Of a DNA stretch of 28,901 nucleotides, positions 23,890 through 28,901 are shown piece after piece (the stretch's first letter is position 1; every line of letters starts with the position of its first letter). The notes below the pieces were generated by a model. That model was not told where the DNA came from, made no database searches, and worked only from the letters and a program-made list of their open reading frames with translations. The stretch comes from Reclinomonas americana ATCC 50394. Taxonomy: Eukaryota. The stretch covers positions 84,472 to 113,372 of the forward strand of contig PS015245.1 of assembly GCA_048213135.1 (NCBI GenBank). The letters run 5' to 3'. The position numbers and the translations under genes were made by a program.

Positions 23890-25870
23890 GTGTGTGGGTG
23901 TGTGCACTGATGAAATGGCATTGACATTGTCATTGTCAGGATCTGTGTGCTCCGGATTTCGTGTTGTGTGCCAGCGAGCTGCACCATTTGTGTCGGTGAG
24001 TTGTGTATATTAGAGGGAGGGAGAAGCTGTGCACTGACTTTCTCTCTTTGTTGGGCTTTCATGCGACAGCGAGCACGTGACGGAGGCTGGAACGGATCTG
24101 TGTGGCGATGGAGTCACATCTCTCGGCACAATGCACGAGGTGCAGAAACGTTTTCAGCTCATGTACAGCAACATGAAGGTTGTGTGTTGTTGTTGATGCA
24201 GAGTGCATGTAAGTTGCCATTGATGTTGACATGGAGAGAGCACCACAGATCACATGCCCGCTATGTCACGCATCCATGGTTTGTGTTGTCACGGAGAGAT
24301 GCTTGTCTTGGTTTCTCTCTCCTCACTGTGGATGAACAGACGGTGGGTGACTATTACCGCACGCATGGCCTCTCGCAGTGCCCGTATGCATGCGAGAGAT
24401 GTGGACAGCAGATGACACTGGATCGCACGGCGGAGCATGAGTGGAGTGGATGCTTGCGCGAGTGTCCACTTGGGTGTGGAGCAAGGATGGCACTGAGTGA
24501 GATGGCAGAGCACAGCTGGAGTGGGTGCATGCGAGCGTGTCCGCGTGGATGTCAGCAGCTGTGCTCACTGGCGGAGATGCAGCGGCATCTTGGTGAGTGT
24601 GTTTGATGGAGAGATGGTGTGTGTAATGACACTGATTTGTTCTCTTGTGACAGAAACGGAGTGCCGACTGCAGCAAACAGCGTGCCGTGGTGGTGAACTG
24701 GGGTGTCAATGGCGTGGGATTATTGGTGGGGAGAAAGAAGAGCACGAGCGAGTATGTGATGTGCTGCGAGTGGAGCGGCCGTTGCGAGAGGTGAATGTGG
24801 AATGAGGAGCAGTTTCTGCTGTTGCCATTTATGGAGCTAATGTGACTTGCATTTGTTTGCACAGCTGCATGGTCGAGTGCGAGAGCTGTCGCAGATGGTG
24901 GCCCAAGAGAGAGAAGCGAGACAAGCTGCTGAGGAGCGACTGGTTCAGAAGCAGCAAGCAACCGATGAGCAACTGGCAGCTGAGCGCCGCATGCGTGAAT
25001 CTCTCGAGAGAGGCGTTGCTGAGGTCTGGTGTGTGAAATGTCAGTGGTTATCGAGCGCTTCACTCCCCTCATTCTTCCGTCTGCAGCTGCTTGCTCGTCT
25101 CAAACCGCTGGAGATGCGAGAGCGAGAGATTCAGGAACGGGAGGCTACTGAAAGGGAGCGGCAGGCGAGGGAGTGGGAGGAGCGTGAGCGGATGGCCAGA
25201 GAGCGAGAGGAGCGGGAGCGGGCGGACAGGAAAATCAACAGCTGCAGTGATTTGCTGAGTGCAGCGGATGCCCGAGTGGTGCTGCAATGGGTGCAGCAGG
25301 CGCGAGGCAGCGGCGGGAGTGTGCCCAAGTTGACGCTGCTGTTCAAGGGCAGTCGAGATGGATTCAAGGCAGCCACATTCCACCAGCGATGTGACAATCG
25401 TGGGTAAGTGATTGTGGAAGAAGGAGAGCGGTTATTGCTGTCAGTGGGTGATGGATGAGTGACTGTGCGAGTCGTGCAGACCGACGCTGGTCGTGGCCAA
25501 GTCGTCGACAGGACGAGTTTCTGGCGGATACACGCCTGTCTCGTGGCAGTCTCCCGCAAAAGGTGCTTTTGGCGCCGATCCATCCGGCACCAGCTTCTTG
25601 TTCTCGGCATCGTGGAGCGGTGCAAGTGCGCGGCGCTTTGCACTGCAGGGCAATAAGAAACAGTATGCCGCCTTTCACAACTCCGCTTGTGGACCCATCT
25701 TCGGCAGCAACGAATTCCGCTTGGAGAACAACTGCATCAGCAACAGCGGCAGCACCAGCAACCTTCCGTACCACTATCAGAGCACTGATGGTGCAGTAAC
25801 TGACGACTCGACACTGATGGGGTCGCACGAGTTCCAGGTGGCGGACTACGAAGTGTTCCTCGTTGAATGA
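23138..25870 (+). CDS. RING-like + TRAF-type zinc fingers + coiled coil + TLDc domain protein, copy 2
   Basis: Same start (MGFEDAHVG), intron positions, Cys/His pattern and TLDc motifs as copy 1. I saw no frameshift or stop in the exons. The coiled coil is shorter. Confidence 0.85.
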
Positions 25871-25974
25871 AGCACCTCGTTTCGGAGAAGGGTGCTGCAC
25901 GTCGTGAAGGCAGATGAGTGACGGGAGACAGGACATCATGAGGTCTATCATGGCCTATCATGATAAGTTTGTGA

Positions 25975-28366
25975 ATGGGGTTCGAGGACGCGCGCGTTGG
26001 AGGCAGTGGTGGTGGTGGAGAAGGCAGTGGGTTTGCTCCTCCTCCTCTTCCTCCTCCTGCTGATGACAGTCAGGTTGTTCTCGAGCAGCAAGTGATGCGA
26101 CTCGCTGGTGACTGTGAGGAACAATATGTGTTTTGTGTGGTGCGCGCGGTGCATCGTCGTCCTCCATCAGAGGTGGGAGAGAAAGAGACACAACCACCGC
26201 GTTTGTGGATGGAGCAAGTCGCGCAAGAGTCGCGGACATTGGCGGAGGAATATGTGTGCCCAGTGTGCATGGTGAGTGTGCGAAGGGAGAAAGAGAGAAT
26301 GCAGCATTGTGAGTCGGCTCTCTCTCTCTCTCTCTCTCTTGTGCGTGCGTTGATGACATTGACATTGTGTCATTGTCAGGATCTGTGTGCTCCGGATTTC
26401 GTGCTGTGTGCCAGCGAGTTGCACCACTTGTGTCGGTGAGTTTGTGTATGAGAGGGGAAGCGCGAGGAAGCTGTTCACTGACCTCCTGCCTCTTTGTTGG
26501 GCTTTCATGCGACAGTGAGCACGTGACGGAGGCCGGTGCGGATCTGTGTGGCGATGGAGTCACATTTCTCGGCACAATGCACGAGGTGCAGAAACGGTTT
26601 CAGCTCATGTACAGCAACATGAAGGTTCTGTGTGCATGTTGTTGGTTGTGTGTGCAAGTCGCCAGTGATGTTGACTTGACGCACCACAGATTGCATGCCC
26701 GCTGTGCCACGCACCCATGGTTTGTGTTGTCTGATGAAGTTGATTGTCTTGACCTGTCTCACTGAGGATGGACAGACGGTGGGTGACTATTACCGCACAC
26801 ATGGCCTCACGCAGTGCCCGTATGCATGCGAGAGGTGTGGACAGCAGATGACTCTGGATCGCACGGCGGAGCACGAGTGGAGTGGATGCTTGCGGGAGTG
26901 TCCACTGGGGTGTGGAGCGAGGATGGCACTGAGTGAGATGGTGGAGCACAGCTGGAGTGGGTGTATGCGGGTGTGTCCGCGTGGATGTCAGCAGCGGTGT
27001 TCACTGGCGGAGATGCAGCGGCATCTTGGTGAGTGTGCATTGAAGGAGAGAAGTGTGGATCATGGCACTGATGTGGTGCATCTCTTGTGGTAGAAACGGA
27101 GTGCCGACTGCAACACACAGTATGTCGTGGTGGTGAACTGGGGTGTGAATGGCGTGGGATCATTGGCGAGAGGGAGGAGCATGAGCGAGTGTGTGATGTG
27201 TTGCGAGTGGAGCGACCACTGCGAGAGGTGAGTTTGGAATTACGGAGTGGATGCTGTTGGTCATTCACGCAGCTGATACGGATCGTGTTTTGTGTGCACA
27301 GCTGCATGGCCGGGTGCGAGAGCTGTCTCACATGGTGGCTGAGAGCAGGGAGCAGCTGGCAGTCTGCAACGATCGGCTGACTCGCGAGCAGCAGGCGAGA
27401 CAAGCAACAGATGAACAACTTGCTGCTGAGTTGCTGGCGAGGCAGGCGACAGATGAGCGACTTGCCGTGTGCGCCGCGCAACTCGCCGCTGAGCAGCGCG
27501 TACGTGAAGTTCTCGAGAGAGGTGTTGCTCAGGTTTGTTGTGTGATCACTCAGGGGTTAATTGCATTTGTCTCCTCTCCTCACTCTGCCTCTTGTCCAAC
27601 TGCAGCTGCTCGCCCGTCTCGAACCGCTGGAGATGCGCGAACGAGCGATCCAGGAACGAGAGGCCGCTGAACGCGAGCGGCTGGCCAGAGAACAGGAGGA
27701 GCAAGAGCGACTGGCCAGGGAACGAGAGGAACGAGAGAGGGCGGAGAGAAAGATTGACAGCGATCTGCTGAGTGTGGCGGATGCGCGAGTGGTGCTGCAA
27801 TGGGTGCAGCAGGCGCGAGGTGGTGGCGGGAGTGTGCCCAAGTTGACGCTGCTGTTCAAGGGTAGTCGGGATGGTTTTGCAGCGGCCACATTCCATCAGC
27901 GATGTGACAATCGTGGGTGAGTGATTGAGGTAGTGAGAGATTGTTGTGCTCAGTGAGTAATGGATGAGAGACTGCGCGCAGAACGACGCTGGTTGTGGTC
28001 AAGTCGTCGACGGGACGAGTGTGTGGTGGGTACACGCCCGTCTCATGGCAGTCTGCTGGTGGATGGGGCTCCGATCCATCGGGTTCAAGCTTCTTGTTCT
28101 CGGCATCGTGGAGTGGTGCAAGTGCGCGACGCTTTGCACAGAAGAGCGATAAGAAGCCAAATGCTGTGTATCACCTATCTACATGTGGGCCCAACTTTGG
28201 CCGTCCGGATCTTTGCTTGGCGGACAACTGCAACAGCAACAGCGGCAGCACCGGCAACCTCCCGCAGTTCTATCAGAGCACTGACGGTGCAGCATGTGAC
28301 AACACGACTTTGATGGGATCGCAGCGCTTCCAAGTAGCAGACTACGAAGTCTTTCTCGTTGAGTGA
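25975..28366 (+). CDS. RING-like + TRAF-type zinc fingers + coiled coil + TLDc domain protein, copy 3
   Basis: Start MGFEDARVG, identical exon structure, ends FQVADYEVFLVE* at 28366. Confidence 0.85.
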
Positions 28367-28479
28367 AGCAGCATCTCGCCTCTGGTTACTGTGCAGATCC
28401 ATGTCGACGTCGACATCGAAGGCAAACCCCTCCAAATTGTCCTCCCTCCCTTTCTTCTTCTCCCCAAACGCACGCACAA

Positions 28480-28901
28480 ATGGCCTCACTCCGCCGCCTC
28501 CTCGAAGAAGACGACGAAGACAACGACGACGACGACGTGGTCGAAATCCCACCACCACCACCACCACCACCCCCAGCACAACAACAACAACCATCAGTTG
28601 TCTCCTCCACTCACAAAAAGGAGACCATTGACGAGCACATGAAAACCGAGGAGGAGGAAGACGAGGAAGAAGAAGAAGAAGTCATCATCTTCCCCTCACG
28701 CACCTCACAGACAACCTCATCGGCCTCATCGCCCTCGACACACGCGCGTCTTGCACAAGCCACCACAGTCACGCGGAAACGCTCAGTGGAGCTCATGTTA
28801 GGTGGAGCAACAGGCGGGGAATCATCGACTGCTGCAGTGATGGGAATGCGTCGACGTGACAGTGGCAGTGTCAGTGCAGCACTGGGAGGTTTAGGCGCGG
28901 A
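28480..28901 (+). CDS. 5' end of an uncharacterised acidic, low-complexity protein with SIM-like motifs (runs off window)
   Basis: Open frame from ATG 28480 to the window end: MASLRRLLEEDDEDNDDDDVVEIPPPPPPPPPAQQQQP...TEEEEDEEEEEEVIIFPSRT...RKRSVEL. It is absent from the ORF track because it has no stop within the window. Confidence 0.6.
   Translation, partial: MASLRRLLEEDDEDNDDDDVVEIPPPPPPPPPAQQQQPSVVSSTHKKETIDEHMKTEEEEDEEEEEEVIIFPSRTSQTTSSASSPSTHARLAQATTVTRKRSVELMLGGATGGESSTAAVMGMRRRDSGSVSAALGGLGA

Overview
Compact, GC-rich, intron-dense eukaryotic DNA, probably from a protist draft assembly with four N-gaps. Most introns are about 50-90 nt and intergenic spacers about 75-220 bp. The ORF track is fragmented by introns, so I spliced the genes by hand. 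In order they are: a secreted GH130/DUF377-type glycosidase (-, runs off the left edge); a PGAP1/Bst1 GPI inositol-deacylase (-); a large protein with a degenerate ATP-grasp-like N-terminus, repeated RPxS/TA motifs and a coiled coil (-); a divergently transcribed RBBP6/Mpe1 homologue (+); a small uncharacterised gene (+); an acidic, helical ARM-like gene (+); three tandem paralogues with a RING-like/TRAF-zinc-finger/coiled-coil/TLDc architecture (+); and the start of an acidic protein with SIM-like motifs (+). The most notable observations are: (1) about ten introns use an unusual GTTGCG 5' splice site, plus many other GTT donors; (2) a U12-type AT-AC intron in the GH130 gene; (3) the TRAF-like array, in which TLDc replaces MATH and the TLDc exon is hypervariable; (4) an outsized RBBP6 intron with an intronic AATAAA and candidate poison exons. 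All exon structures are manual inferences with no transcript or database support.
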